A DNA stretch of 64,000 nt from Planctomycetota bacterium (GTDB lineage: Bacteria > Planctomycetota > UBA8742 > UBA2392). Shown piece by piece: positions 38,234 to 48,399 of the stretch. Under the pieces are notes generated by a model that was given only the letters and a program-made list of their open reading frames with translations, did no database searches and was not told the origin of the DNA. Position 1 is the first letter of the stretch. The number at the start of each line of letters is the position of its first letter. The DNA lies in NCBI GenBank assembly GCA_027493625.1, contig JAOSKM010000003.1, positions 599,028-663,027 of the forward strand. Reading direction: 5' to 3'. The translations under genes were made by a program, and so were the position numbers.

Positions 38234-40488
38234 ATGAACGGGAAACTGGCGATTTCCACCGCGCTTGGGCTGGTGCTGGGGCTGCTGATCGGCCTGGCGA
38301 TTGGTGTGGCCGTGACGCAACGGGCGCCGGCGCCCACAGTCGCTGACGCCCGGCCGGCAGCCGACGAGCCGCTTGCCCACACGCCGCCGCCGGAAGCGCT
38401 GCCGACCGAAACATCGCCTGAGCCCGCAAAAGAGCCCGCGAAAAGCCCGCGGCCGGCGCCAGCCTGACGGAGATCATCGCCGCCGCCGAGATTCCCGAGG
38501 TCCCCCGTGGCAACGGCGTGATCTCGGGTTCGGTGAAGACCATCGACGGCGCACCCGTCGAGGGCGTGCTGGTGTACGTCTCCAGCGATTACCCGGAACG
38601 GCGCTACTACCAGGGTATGGCCGCCGAGGAGCGCGTCAGGCAGGAGATCCGCTACGCGCGCTGGCTTGAACTCGCGCAGCGGCAGGTTGCCACGGACGCT
38701 GAGGGCAACTATCGCGTCGAGGGGCTGGCGGAGAACGTCCGCTACGCCGTGCGGGCGGAGTCCCCTGCCTGGAGCATCGAGTCCGCGAATTCCAACCGTG
38801 GTCGCACCAGGCCGCCTGCGGAAATTCAATTCATTGCGCGGCCTGCAACGACCCTGCTGGTTCAGGTGCGGTATGAAGACGGCAAACACGTGGAACACGC
38901 GACCATCAAGTACCGCGCCCGCGCGCTCAGCAGGGAGAGCGAAAGCTACACGCGGGACGCAGGGCCCGCAGAACTCCGGCTCACGCCGGGAGAGTGGATC
39001 ATCTACGCCACTTCGGATCAGTTCGGCGCTGACGACTCACGGCTGCGCTATCGTTCGTCCGAGGTCGAGGTCCGTTTCGAGGCGGGCCAGACACTGCAGC
39101 CGATCGAGCTCACGCTGATCCGCACGCCCGGCATCGGCGGAATCATCGAGACACCCAAGGGCTTCAGCAGGTTGCCCCTTGATGTAAAGGTACAGCAGGA
39201 TCCGCCCAGCGAACCGCCGAACAGCGAGAACGTGGAGCGCACCCTCCGAAGCGACGTGTGGTCCGACGGCGACGTGCTGCGCTGGCGCTGTCACGACCTG
39301 GAGCCCGGCTGCTACCGCGTCATGCTGTTCGGGGAAGAGCGGGTGCTGGACTGGGCGGACGTCACCCTGGCGGGCAACGATGCGGAGCACAACCTGCGCA
39401 TGCCCCAGCCCAGCACTGAAACCCACATCGTCATCCGCGTGTACTCGCCCGAGGGCGAACTGCTGCGCGACCCGAACATAAGCGTTGATGCGTACTCGAA
39501 AGGCGGCTCCCACGGGTACACGCCACGGGTCATGCCGGCCGAAGACGGCAGCATCTGGCTGGCGCGCAATGCCCGAGGACGGGATGTCGAGTACCAGTAC
39601 TACGACATCACGGTATCTCACACCGAGCACGGTCAGCGCACCGTTCGCTACGAAGCTTCTTCACGCGAGGTGCTGGACATCCACCTGCAGAAGCCGGCCT
39701 GGCTGCTGCTGAACGTCACCAACGGCAAGGATCACCCGGCCGGCAACGTCCTGGAATGGAGCCTCTGGCAGTCTGACGGAGACCGAGGTTCATACCGGCG
39801 GCTGGACAAGCACGGCGGGAGGTCCGCTGCACCCATCCGCATGGGCCCCGTGGCACCCGGTGAGTATGAGCTGATGCTGGAACTCAGTATCGGGCAATTC
39901 GAGTCGTACACGCTTCTGAGGAGCACGGTCAGCTTACGGCAGGGAGACAACGAGTTCAGCGAAAGCATTCCCGAACTGTGCAGCCTGACGATCCGCGCCG
40001 AGGATGAGTCGAAGCCGCCCAATCTGGACCTGAAATCCACCACGGGCGGACTGAATGTCGACGTGTCCCGGGGCAACTTCAGGCAAGGAGTGCTTACCAT
40101 CCCGTTTCTTCCGGCCGGAACCTATCTGTTGAAATCGAGCGTTGGCCAGATGAAGGTTACACTGCCGACCTCGTCAGAGGTCGTGTTCCGCCCGCGCCCG
40201 TGGGACTGCCTGAAGCTTGAGATCCAGCCCGAAGGCGGAGTGATTGAGGCGCTGGGCGTGAAAGACGGCGACCTGCTGATCGAGATCGACGGGAAGGCCG
40301 TCGGGGGCGAACGCGAATCCCTCGAGTTGCAGGCGTCATTTACCAGGCAGAGCACCACCTGGGTGGTGATGCGAAACGGAGTGCGCACCGACGTCACCTT
40401 CGACGGCACGGCGCTCTACGCAATCATGACGAACCGTGACCGTGATTCGCGTGAGTACCTGCACGCCGAGCGCTGGGTGCGAGACTGA
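38234..40488 (+). CDS. membrane-anchored PDZ-domain protein (paralog 3); frameshift at the A4 run ~38448
   Basis: MNGKLAISTALGLVLGLLIGLAIGVAVTQRAP...AKEPAKSPRPAPA* versus the paralog 2 sequence gcgaaaaagcccgcggcc (A5 vs A4); continues in ORF 38518..40488, ending with PDZ GVKDGDLLIEIDG. Confidence 0.6.
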
Positions 40489-40501
40489 GACTGACCCGGT
40501 T

Positions 40502-41512
40502 TCAGCCTGCCGCGTCGCAGGTGATCACCACTTTGCCGAAGTGCCGGCCTGTGGTCAGGCGCTCGAAGGCTTTGGGGGCTTGTTCGAACGGCACCAGATC
40601 ATCCAGCAGGCCGGCTATGTTCAGCTGCTCTGTGAACGCGTTCATGGCCAGGAAATCCTGCTTGCTGCCCACGAACACGCCCCTCAGCGTGGCGGCCTTG
40701 TAGACCAGGCCGTGCACATTGACCCCGCTGGCGACGCCGGTCAGCCTGCCCACCATGCTGACCTGGCCCCCGGGCGCGAGCGCGTTGATGCTGCGCTCCA
40801 GCGTGGCGGCGCCGCCGGTTTCCACCACCAGGTCCACGCCGCGGCCGTCGGTCAGATTCAGCACCTCTTCGTCCCAGTCCTCGTAGCGCCGGTAGTTGAC
40901 GCCGTGGTCGGCGCCCAGCTTGCCCGCGCGCTCCAGCTTGGCGTCGTCGCTGCTGGTGATGATCACCCTCGCCCCGCTGGCCCTGGCGAACTGCAGGGCG
41001 AACAGGCTCACGCCGCCGGTGCCCAGCAGCAGCACGGTATGGCCGCGCGACAGGTGCGGCACGGTGGCGTTGAAGGCCGTCACGCCCGCGCAGGGCAGGG
41101 TGGCGCCCTCGGCGAAACTCAGGTAGCGCGGCAGCTTCACCAGCGCGGCCTGCGGAAACACGCGCAGCTCGCTCAGCACGCCCTGCAGGCCGAAGCCGAG
41201 GTCGCTGCCGTACACGCCGGCGTGCAGCCGCCCGGCCTGCCAGTTCTGGAAGAAGCAGGCGGCCACGCGGTCGCCCTTGCTGAATTCGTCGGCGCCTTCG
41301 CCCAGGGCGAGCACTTCGCCGGCGCAGTCGGAAAGCGGCACCAGCGGGGTGTGTTTGAAGGCGCCGTATTCGCCGCGCTGGATCATCAGGTCGCGGTAGT
41401 TGAGCGCGCAGGCGCGCACGCGCACCAGCACCTCGCCGGGGCCGGGCACGGGCTCGGGTGCTGATTCGACGCGCAGCTCGGCGCCGGGTTTGTCCAGCAG
41501 GTATCGCCGCAT
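40502..41512 (-). CDS. zinc-binding alcohol dehydrogenase / quinone oxidoreductase (MDR family)
   Basis: GEVLVRVRACALNYRD, LLLGTGGVSLFALQFA nucleotide-binding motif. Confidence 0.8.
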   Translation of the reverse strand: MRRYLLDKPGAELRVESAPEPVPGPGEVLVRVRACALNYRDLMIQRGEYGAFKHTPLVPLSDCAGEVLALGEGADEFSKGDRVAACFFQNWQAGRLHAGVYGSDLGFGLQGVLSELRVFPQAALVKLPRYLSFAEGATLPCAGVTAFNATVPHLSRGHTVLLLGTGGVSLFALQFARASGARVIITSSDDAKLERAGKLGADHGVNYRRYEDWDEEVLNLTDGRGVDLVVETGGAATLERSINALAPGGQVSMVGRLTGVASGVNVHGLVYKAATLRGVFVGSKQDFLAMNAFTEQLNIAGLLDDLVPFEQAPKAFERLTTGRHFGKVVITCDAAG

Positions 41513-41569
41513 GACCCCAGAATAGAAAACGGGGAGGCCGAAGCCTCCCCGTTCTTGCTGTCTTTGCTG

Positions 41570-44500
41570 CTAGGCTCGGCGCCTGCGGATGGCAACCAGG
41601 CTGACCAGCGCCAGTGCCAGCAGGGCGAACAGCGGGGTGCTGCTGTCGCCCGCGACGCAACCGCCGCCGCCGCCACCACCGCCGCCTCCGCCGCTGACGC
41701 CGCCCAGTGCGGCCGTGCCGGAGACGTTGATGTCGTAGGGGCTTTCATCCGGGTCGTCGCTGGTGATCGCGATCGCGAACGAGAACAAGCCGTCGGCGGT
41801 GGGTGTGACGCTGACCGTGAAGGTGGTGCTGGTACCCGGCGCGACAGTTGCAGCCGGGGCGGCACTGAGGCTGACGGTGCAGTTCACGGTCGCCGAGGTG
41901 TTGACGCCGGTGATGTTGAGGTCGACGTTGCCGGTGTTGGCGACGGTGTAGGTGACCAGCGTGGCCTGGCCGGTGTTGCGGGTTCCCAGGTTGTCGGTGC
42001 CGCCGTCAGGGATGACGGTCGATGCGGCGTCGCTGACCTCGATGTCGGGGGCCCCGCGGCGGTGCCGTTGACCGAGAAGTCGTAGGGGTTTTCGTTGACG
42101 TCGTCGTTGTTGATCGAGATGTCGAAGCTGAAGGCGCCCGGAACGGTGGGCGTCACGCTGACGGTGAAGGTGGTGGAACCGGCCAGGGCGACAGGCGAAC
42201 CGGGGTTGGAGGTCACGCTGGCGGCGCAGTTCACGGTGTTGGAGATGACCACGGTGGTGATGTTCAACTCGGCGCTGCCGTTGTTCTCGATGGTGTAGGT
42301 GATCGGCAGGGCCTGCCCGGTCTGGGCGCCGGTCACGGTGTCGCTGCCGCCGACGGGGATGGCGGTCGCGGTGGCGTTCAGGACGTCGATCTCCGGCGTC
42401 ACCACTTCAACCGCCACGAACAGCGTGGTGGTGTTGGTTCCGTCGGTGACATCCACCTCGAACACGTGGGTTCCCAGGTCCGCGAGCTGCAGCGCCGCGG
42501 TGGGTGTGGCCACGATCGAGCCCGCCACCAGGCTGATGTTGAAGCCCGAGCCGCCGGCGGGGTTGCCCGCGTCGGGCGTGACGGTACCCAGCGCCGGGTT
42601 CTGGCCGGTGTTCGGGTCATCCACGTCGGCCAGGGTCAGCGCGGCGACGCTGCCGACCAGGGCCTGTCCGGTGTAGGCGGTGCCGGAGGTCTGGCCGGTG
42701 CCCGCGCCGGCGTCGACGCCGATGGCGTGGGTCGGCGCGAGGTCGAGGATGATGATGGAGGCCGTGAAGTTCACGGTGTTGATGCCGTCGTTGACGGAGA
42801 TCTGCCAGGTGTAGCTGCCCGGCGTGTTGGAGGCGTCGGCGGTGCCGGTCCAGTTGAGGGTAATGGGCCCTGCAGTCGGGGTGGCGATGCTGGCCGGCGC
42901 GCTGGTGATGGTGGTGGGGGTGGCTCCCGGCGGGGTGACGGTGACGGTCATGTCGTCGGGCGTGGGGTCATCGACTTCCAGGTCGTCGTTGTAGGCGGCG
43001 CCCGGGTTCAGCGTCAGCTCATAGTTGCCGCCGTTGTTCACCCAGTTCGAGCCGGTGGGGATGGTCACGGAAGGCGGGGTGTTCGCCACGCCGGTGCCGG
43101 TGACTGTGAAGGTGTAGGGGTTCTCGTCGGGGTCGTTGTTGGCGATGCTGACGGTGAAGCTGAAGGCGCCCGCCGCCTGCGGCGCGACGTTGACGACGAA
43201 CGAGCTGGTGCCCGCCGCCGCGATGGGGCTGGTGGGGTTGGTCGTGACGCTGACGTTCACGTTGCTGACCGGGTTGACCGCGACCAGCGGCGTGCCCGTG
43301 AGGTTGAGGTTCACGCCGCCCAGGTTCTCGATGTCCCAGGTGAAGTTCTGGCCGACGGTCATCACGCCGCCGATGGCATCGGTGCCGCCGTTGGACACGC
43401 TGGCCGACGTCGCGTTGTTCTTGACGTTCATGTCGGGTGAATCGCTGAGCGAGAAGTCATCAAGCGCCACGTCGTGGCTGGTGCTGCTGCCGTGGCTCTG
43501 GATGCGGAACTGCAGCTGGACGATCCCCACCGTCACGCTGGACAGGTCCACCACGTGCTCGGTCCAGCCGGAGTTGGCCTGCAGCGCGGTGATGATGTCG
43601 TTGGTGATCGTCTTGCTCATCACGTCAACCAGGTCGACGTGCAGGATGTTGGGACCGGCGGTGGTGCTGGCGTTCACCGAGTGCAGCCAGAAGCGGAACG
43701 CCGGCAGGCTCAGCGCCGAGATGTCGAACGGCGGCGTGCGCATGCGCTGTTCCGCCGTGTAGGAGTTGGAGTCTTCGAAGTAGATGTAGCGGCCGGAAGT
43801 GGTGCCCGGGTTGTGGTCGGTGGCGGGACCGGTGCCGCCGGTCGGGGTGCCGTTGTTGTCCACGTACCAGTCGTTCGTGCCGTCGCTGGTGTCGTTCCAC
43901 CAGCCGTTGGTCAGCGGAACCGGGTTGGTGGAATCCAGCGCCAGGGTCTCCAGGTTGTCGGTCCAGGGGAACGACGCCACCAGGTACACGGTGTGGATGG
44001 TGGTGACCAGGGCGGTGGTGACGCGCACCGGGCCCGGCGTGGCCGAGATGTCCGAGGCCGGGGAAAGAGTCGCGCCGAAGGTGGTGCCGTTGTTGATGCC
44101 GGTGCCCAGCGAGTAAGTGACCACGTAGGAACGCGTCTGGCTGGAGGTCAGCGAGTTCAGCGGCGAGCCGCTGATGGTCAGCGTGCCGCCCGAGAAGGTC
44201 TGGGGCGAGCCGAGCTGGGTTTCGCCGGTGTCCACGAAACCGTTGCCGTTGGCGTCATCCCACAGCTTCACGGCGGTGATGTCGGTGTCGCTGATGGTGC
44301 CGGTGCGGGTCAGCGTGATGCTGTTGATGTCCTGGTTCGCGACGGATGAAGCCGTCAGGGAGAAGGACTGCACCACGTGGTCGGTGATGCCGGACGGCAC
44401 CACGCCCGGCGCGTAAACGGTCTTGCCGTCGAAGGTGACCTCGGGCGCGATGATGTAGACGCCGAGGATCGTGGCGGAAGGCACGCCCAGCACCGCCGAA

Positions 44501-45928
44501 GTACCGGCGGAACTGCCCGCCTGCACCGCGTAGTTGAACGTCTCGGTGACGCTGGCGGTGCCGCCCAGCTTGATGACGATGAAGTAGGTCTTGGTCTCAC
44601 TGGCCGCGAAAGTCGCTTCGCCGCCCGAGAACGGGATGGTCGCCTCGGCCGGGCTGCCGGCGAAGGTAGCCGTGCTGATCAGCGCGTCGCCCGCGTCGTA
44701 CGAACCCACGGTGCCGCTGGCGGTCTGGTCGCGGTACACCGCGAACTCGGCATAGTCGTTCAGGTGGTCGCCGGTGCCGCTGCCCCGGATGGTGAGCGAG
44801 TTCAGCGTCACGCTGCTGAAGGCGTTCGCCGTGACCGTGAACCTGCCGGCCTCAAAACCGATGCCGCCGCCGGTCTCATTGTTCTGCACCGGCTCGGCTG
44901 TGCCGACCACCGCGGATACCGTCACGGCCGGACCGTTGATGACCAGTCCTTCCATGGTGCGGCTGGGGACGTTGAAAATGGTGGCGCTGGCGCCGGTGGC
45001 AAGCGCGGCAACCTTGTACTTGAAGGTCTGCGCCGTGATCGCCGTGCCGTTCAGCTGCACCACGATGAAGAAGCGCTTGTCGGCGGCCGGGGCAAAGGTC
45101 TGTTCGCTGACCGGCACACTGATGGTGGCCTGGGGCGGTCCGCCGCTGAAGGTGCCGCTGCCGATCAGCACGTCACCGGCGTCGTAGGATCCGGACGGTG
45201 CCGCTGGCGGTCTGGTCACGATAGAGCTGGAAGCTGGTGTAGGCGGTTCCGTGGTCGCCGGTGCCCAGGCCTTCGATGGTGATGCTGCTGATGTCGTCAC
45301 TGGCGTTGCCGTTATTCAGGATGCGGAAGGTGGCGGCCTGGTAGCCGATGCCGCCGCCGTTTTCGTTGTTAAGCACGGACGCCGCGGTGCCCTTGATGGC
45401 ATCCACGTCCAGGCCCGGGTCAACGCGTTCGGCGACCGTGAAGTTGGCGGCAACACCGCCGTTCAAGGTGCCGGCAAGCGTGGACCACAGCAGCTGGCCC
45501 TGGGGCAGGTTGGCAGTGGACGTCCCGCGCCAGTGCAGCGCGTCGCCGATGCCGCTCGGCGTCCAGTAATCCAGCACGTAGCTGAAGGTGGGGCCGTTGT
45601 GCCCGCCACCCGAGCTGCTCATGCCGGTCCAGGGACCGACGGGCAACTGACCCGACGAGATCTGCCAGGCCGTGAGCGGTGATGAGGTGGCGTGATCACC
45701 GAAGATCAGCCAGCGCCAGGCCTGACCGGGTTGGTAGGTCATGTCGTTGTTGTCGACCACCAGCACGAAGTCGTACTGGTAAGTGCCGGTTCCAAGATCT
45801 TTGACCTGGTACTTGAGGGTCAGAGGGACGGCTGCGAGCGACCCTGCACCGAGCAGTATGGCCGCAAGCAGCACAACCCGCAGTGTGCGGGTGCTGAAAC
45901 AGTGCATCATGATTGTTTGACTCCCCAC
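41570..45928 (-). CDS. giant secreted surface protein (~1450 aa) with repeated choice-of-anchor-D-type domains and a MYXO-CTERM-like tail; two apparent 1-bp frameshifts
   Basis: Signal peptide MMHCFSTRTLRVVLLAAILLGAGSLAA. Repeats ...TFTVSVTPT..G.FSF.I.I.NDDPDENPY.F.V.GT. C-terminal GGGGGGGGGGGCVAGDSSTPLFALLALALVSLVAIRRRRA. The frame breaks at gtccggatcc (~45190) and gggcccccg (~42045). Confidence 0.7.
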
Positions 45929-46175
45929 GTCGTCAATTGAACTTCATTCTTACATCCAGGAGCTCGCCACCAAACGTGGTATCGGACAGCATGGATGCAA
46001 GTGAGCGGTCATTATGTCCGCAATCCTTGCCAGTTCAAGGGTTCGCACGCATGGTCGTTGGCTTTTCCCATCGGAGAAAGAGAAATAAGTCATACACTAG
46101 TCGTGTGCGTGCTGGGCAAGATGCCGGCCAGCAATCGTGGGACTTCATTGGTTAATAGTAGGAAGCAACCGCTCC

Positions 46176-46245
46176 TGGCAGGACGTGAGAGAGTCGAACT
46201 CCCCCGGCCGGCTTTGGAGACCGGCCCGGCCCCGGGCCCCGTCCT
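46176..46245 (-). pseudogene. degenerate tRNA-like element (70 nt, T-arm and acceptor recognisable, no clean anticodon arm)
   Basis: ...GGGAGTTCGACTCTCTCACGTCCTGCCA with the 5' strand AGGACGG. Confidence 0.25.
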
Positions 46246-46246
46246 G

Positions 46247-46271
46247 TGGTTCGCAGGCAAGGATTCGAACC
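46247..46271 (-). repeat. partial 3'-end copy of tRNA-Gln (25/26 nt), att-like
   Basis: tggttcgcaggcaaggattcgaacc versus tggttcgcgggcaaggattcgaacc at 46400. Confidence 0.7.
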
Positions 46272-46399
46272 CCGAAACAGTCCAGCGGACTGTTTCGGAC
46301 CCGCAGCAGGCCGGCCAAAGCTCGCCGGAAGGGCGAGCGACGCCGGCCGTAAGCGGAGGGGTCGCCCTATCAGGCCGGCATTCCCTTCATCTAGAGGCT

Positions 46400-46474
46400 T
46401 GGTTCGCGGGCAAGGATTCGAACCTTGATTTCCTGGTTCAGAGCCAGGCGTCCTACCAGTTGGACGACCCGCGA
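46400..46474 (-). tRNA. tRNA-Gln(CTG)
   Basis: TCGCGGGTCGTCCAACTGGTAGGACGCCTGGCTCTGAACCAGGAAATCAAGGTTCGAATCCTTGCCCGCGAACCA. Confidence 0.8.
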
Positions 46475-46571
46475 GCGGTGTAGGGACACGCTGCCGCGTG
46501 TCCCTACGTTCCCGGTTTTCGCTTTCGAAGGACGGGGACAGTCCCGAACTTCCGAGACAGTCCCCTTCCGA

Positions 46572-47186
46572 TCAGATGCCCGACAGGATTGTCGGGCCCA
46601 CCCGGTCCTTCAGAAACGCCTTCCAGCTCTCCTGCAGCGCTACTCCACCAAGGATCAGCTGGTCGCGCGTCGGCTGGAACGGCTGGCGGCGCAGCGCCAG
46701 GCCGGCCTCAACCGGCGTGCGGTCGGCCTTCTGGTTATTGCAGCGGCCGCAGGCCAGCACGCAGTTCAGCCAGCTGGTGCCGCCGCCGCGCGAGAGCGGC
46801 TGCACGTGGTCGATCGTCATTGCGCGCTTGTGCACGAAAATGCCGCAGTACTGGCACTGGCCGTTGTCGCGCTCGAACACGCCGCGGCGCGAGTAGGGCA
46901 CGCCGGTGTTGGGGTAGCCGGCGAAGCGGGCGAGTGTGATGACCTCCGGCTTGCGCACCTGCAGATGCGCCGTGCGGATGTAGTCGTGCTCGATTACATG
47001 CGCATCGGCCGGCACGGCCTTCTCGCTCAGCCACTGGGCCCAGTCGAACAGCTGGTAAGTCTCCGGGCACACGACGCGCGCGCGGCCGCGGAAAACCAGT
47101 GTCAGGGCCTGCTTGACGACCACGGTGGTGATCGGCTGCCACACGCGGTTGAGTGTCAGCACACGCTCGAGTTCAACACGCGTCAT
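46572..47186 (-). CDS. HNH endonuclease embedded in the tRNA array
   Basis: GQCQYCG...MTIDHVQPLSRGG...NCVLACGRCNNQKADR HNH motif; start MTRVELERVL within ORF 46572..47336. Confidence 0.8.
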   Translation of the reverse strand: MTRVELERVLTLNRVWQPITTVVVKQALTLVFRGRARVVCPETYQLFDWAQWLSEKAVPADAHVIEHDYIRTAHLQVRKPEVITLARFAGYPNTGVPYSRRGVFERDNGQCQYCGIFVHKRAMTIDHVQPLSRGGGTSWLNCVLACGRCNNQKADRTPVEAGLALRRQPFQPTRDQLILGGVALQESWKAFLKDRVGPTILSGI

Positions 47187-47202
47187 ACAGCCTCCTTTCA
47201 GG

Positions 47203-47253
47203 GTCAGGGTCAGGCTCAATTTCGGCCGGCACGGACGAAATTGTGCCTGACCC
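47203..47253. repeat. long hairpin at the HNH gene 5' end; related copy at 48813..48848
   Basis: gggtcaggctcaatttcg gccggcacgga cgaaattgtgcctgaccc. Confidence 0.6.
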
Positions 47254-47267
47254 TTTTGAGCGTTCGT

Positions 47268-47341
47268 TTGGTAGCGGCGGCCGGAATCGAACCGGCTGGG
47301 TTGGGCGTATGAAACCCACCCGCGTCCAACGCGCACCGCAG
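47268..47341 (-). tRNA. tRNA-like, possible tRNA-Met(CAT); poor acceptor and D-arm, may be a pseudo-tRNA
   Basis: Good T-arm/3' acceptor GCCGGTTCGATTCCGGCCGCCGCTACCA and anticodon arm TGGGT-TTCATAC-GCCCA. Confidence 0.3.
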
Positions 47342-47344
47342 TGA

Positions 47345-47424
47345 TGTTTGGGCGATTGGGTGAATGTGACCTTCACCTATCGAAGGGAAAGCGGTGCTTT
47401 CCCTTCGATACAATCGCTTCGCGA
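47345..47424 (-). ncRNA. conserved spacer element with a covarying hairpin, immediately 3' of tRNA-Lys; homolog at 48076..48154
   Basis: accttcacctatcg-[aagggaaagc ggtg gctttccctt]-cgatacaatcgcttcgcgattgg. Confidence 0.4.
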
Positions 47425-47498
47425 TTGGTCCGCCCGGCGGGACTTGAACCCGCATCTGACCGGGTAAGAACCGGCCGCTCTGCATTGAGCTACAGGCG
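47425..47498 (-). tRNA. tRNA-Lys(CTT)
   Basis: TCGCCTGTAGCTCAATGCAGAGCGGCCGGTTCTTACCCGGTCAGATGCGGGTTCAAGTCCCGCCGGGCGGACCA; two G-U pairs in the acceptor stem, short D-loop. Confidence 0.7.
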
Positions 47499-47502
47499 AA
47501 TA

Positions 47503-47576
47503 GTGGAGCCGCTGGTGGGAATCCAACCCACGTCTCACCGTTACGAAGGGTGGGTCCTTGCATTGGACGACAGCGA
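47503..47576 (-). tRNA. tRNA-Thr(CGT), array copy, unlike the host tRNA-Thr at 27952
   Basis: GTCGCTGTCGTCCAATGCAAGGACCCACCCTTCGTAACGGTGAGACGTGGGTTGGATTCCCACCAGCGGCTCCA. Confidence 0.65.
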
Positions 47577-47635
47577 CGTAGGGGCCGCCCTGTGTGGCGG
47601 CCCGGCGAGAGGGCACATGGGCCCGCCCCTGCAGA

Positions 47636-47709
47636 TTGGACCCCAGTGAGTGAATCGAACACTCGTCTCTTCTTTGTAAGAGAAGCGTCTTGCCATTGGA
47701 CGAACCGGG
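47636..47709 (-). tRNA. tRNA-Val(TAC)
   Basis: CCCCGGTTCGTCCAATGGCAAGACGCTTCTCTTACAAAGAAGAGACGAGTGTTCGATTCACTCACTGGGGTCCA. Confidence 0.75.
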
Positions 47710-47710
47710 G

Positions 47711-47781
47711 GTCGCGATGACAGGACTCGAACCTGCGTTCTCCTGCTCCCGAAGCAGGCGTCCTTCCCTGGACCACATCGC
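47711..47781 (-). tRNA. tRNA-Pro(CGG), CCA not encoded, abuts tRNA-Val
   Basis: CGCGATGTGGTCCAGGGAAGGACGCCTGCTTCGGGAGCAGGAGAACGCAGGTTCGAGTCCTGTCATCGCGA. Confidence 0.75.
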
Positions 47782-47788
47782 GTTGTGT

Positions 47789-47863
47789 TTGGTCGGCTCG
47801 GCCGGAATCAAACCGGCGTTTCGGCTTTCGGAGAGCCGCGTCCTGTTCCCTGGACGACGAGCC
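47789..47863 (-). tRNA. tRNA-Arg(CCG)
   Basis: CGGCTCGTCGTCCAGGGAACAGGACGCGGCTCTCCGAAAGCCGAAACGCCGGTTTGATTCCGGCCGAGCCGACCA; perfect stems. Confidence 0.8.
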
Positions 47864-47920
47864 GGAAAGGGGTCTGGCTCCGCGCAGCGGTGCCTGACCC
47901 CTTTCCGGCGGTCGCCGCGA

Positions 47921-47995
47921 ATGGCGAGCGTACGGGGATTCGAACCCCGACCGTCTGGTTGAGAACCAGAAGTCCTTGCCGTTAGACGATACGCC
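47921..47995 (-). tRNA. tRNA-Glu(CTC)
   Basis: GGGCGTATCGTCTAACGGCAAGGACTTCTGGTTCTCAACCAGACGGTCGGGGTTCGAATCCCCGTACGCTCGCCA. Confidence 0.8.
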
Positions 47996-48000
47996 CGAAG

Positions 48001-48075
48001 CTGGCGACCCCACGGGGAGTTGAACCCCGACCTTCCCGGAGACAACGGGAAATCATAGCCGTTAGACCATGGGGC
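48001..48075 (-). tRNA. tRNA-Asp(GTC)
   Basis: GGCCCCATGGTCTAACGGCTATGATTTCCCGTTGTCTCCGGGAAGGTCGGGGTTCAACTCCCCGTGGGGTCGCCA. Confidence 0.7.
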
Positions 48076-48154
48076 CATGCCTTGGATGAGCTGTGGCAAC
48101 CTTCACCTATCGCGGGCAGAGCAGTGCTCTGCCCGCGATACATTCGCTGCGCGA
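48076..48154 (-). ncRNA. conserved spacer element with a covarying hairpin, 3' of tRNA-Ile
   Basis: accttcacctatcg-[cgggcagagc agtg ctctgcccgcg]-atacattcgctgcgcgaatgg; the stem sequence differs from the 47345 copy but pairing is preserved. Confidence 0.4.
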
Positions 48155-48228
48155 ATGGTAGAGACACGCGGAATCGAACCACGATCTGCCGGTTATCAAC
48201 CGGCTGCTCTGCCATTGAGCTATGTCTC
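48155..48228 (-). tRNA. tRNA-Ile(GAT)
   Basis: AGAGACATAGCTCAATGGCAGAGCAGCCGGTTGATAACCGGCAGATCGTGGTTCGATTCCGCGTGTCTCTACCA. Confidence 0.8.
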
Positions 48229-48234
48229 TGCAGG

Positions 48235-48306
48235 GCTGGCTCGGCAGGACTCGAACCTGCATCGCAGACTTCGCACGCCTGTATCCTTCCGGTTAGACGA
48301 CGAGCC
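48235..48306 (-). tRNA. tRNA-like, anticodon possibly GCG (Arg); no encoded CCA, G at position 32
   Basis: TGGCTCGTCGTCTAACCGGAAGGATACAGGCGTGCGAAGTCTGCGATGCAGGTTCGAGTCCTGCCGAGCCA. Confidence 0.35.
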
Positions 48307-48399
48307 ATTGGTTGTTTGCGCCAACGGCCGCTCATGCAGAGCCGCGCCCATGTGCCGGGATCGGATGGCCTGCCATGAGCGGGCCGAAGGCGAGTGAAA

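Noticed and set aside
46176-46245. tRNA-like element read as a functional tRNA
   Set aside because: It is only 70 nt, has no clean anticodon stem, and has an acceptor mismatch. It is kept only as a degenerate tRNA-like element.
47268-47341. Reading this tRNA as an opal-suppressor or tRNA-Sec (loop contains TTTCATA, so UCA is possible)
   Set aside because: The UCA register gives an unpaired anticodon stem. The CAT register pairs (TGGGT/GCCCA), but the 5' half is still poor, so it is called a possible Met-like pseudo-tRNA.
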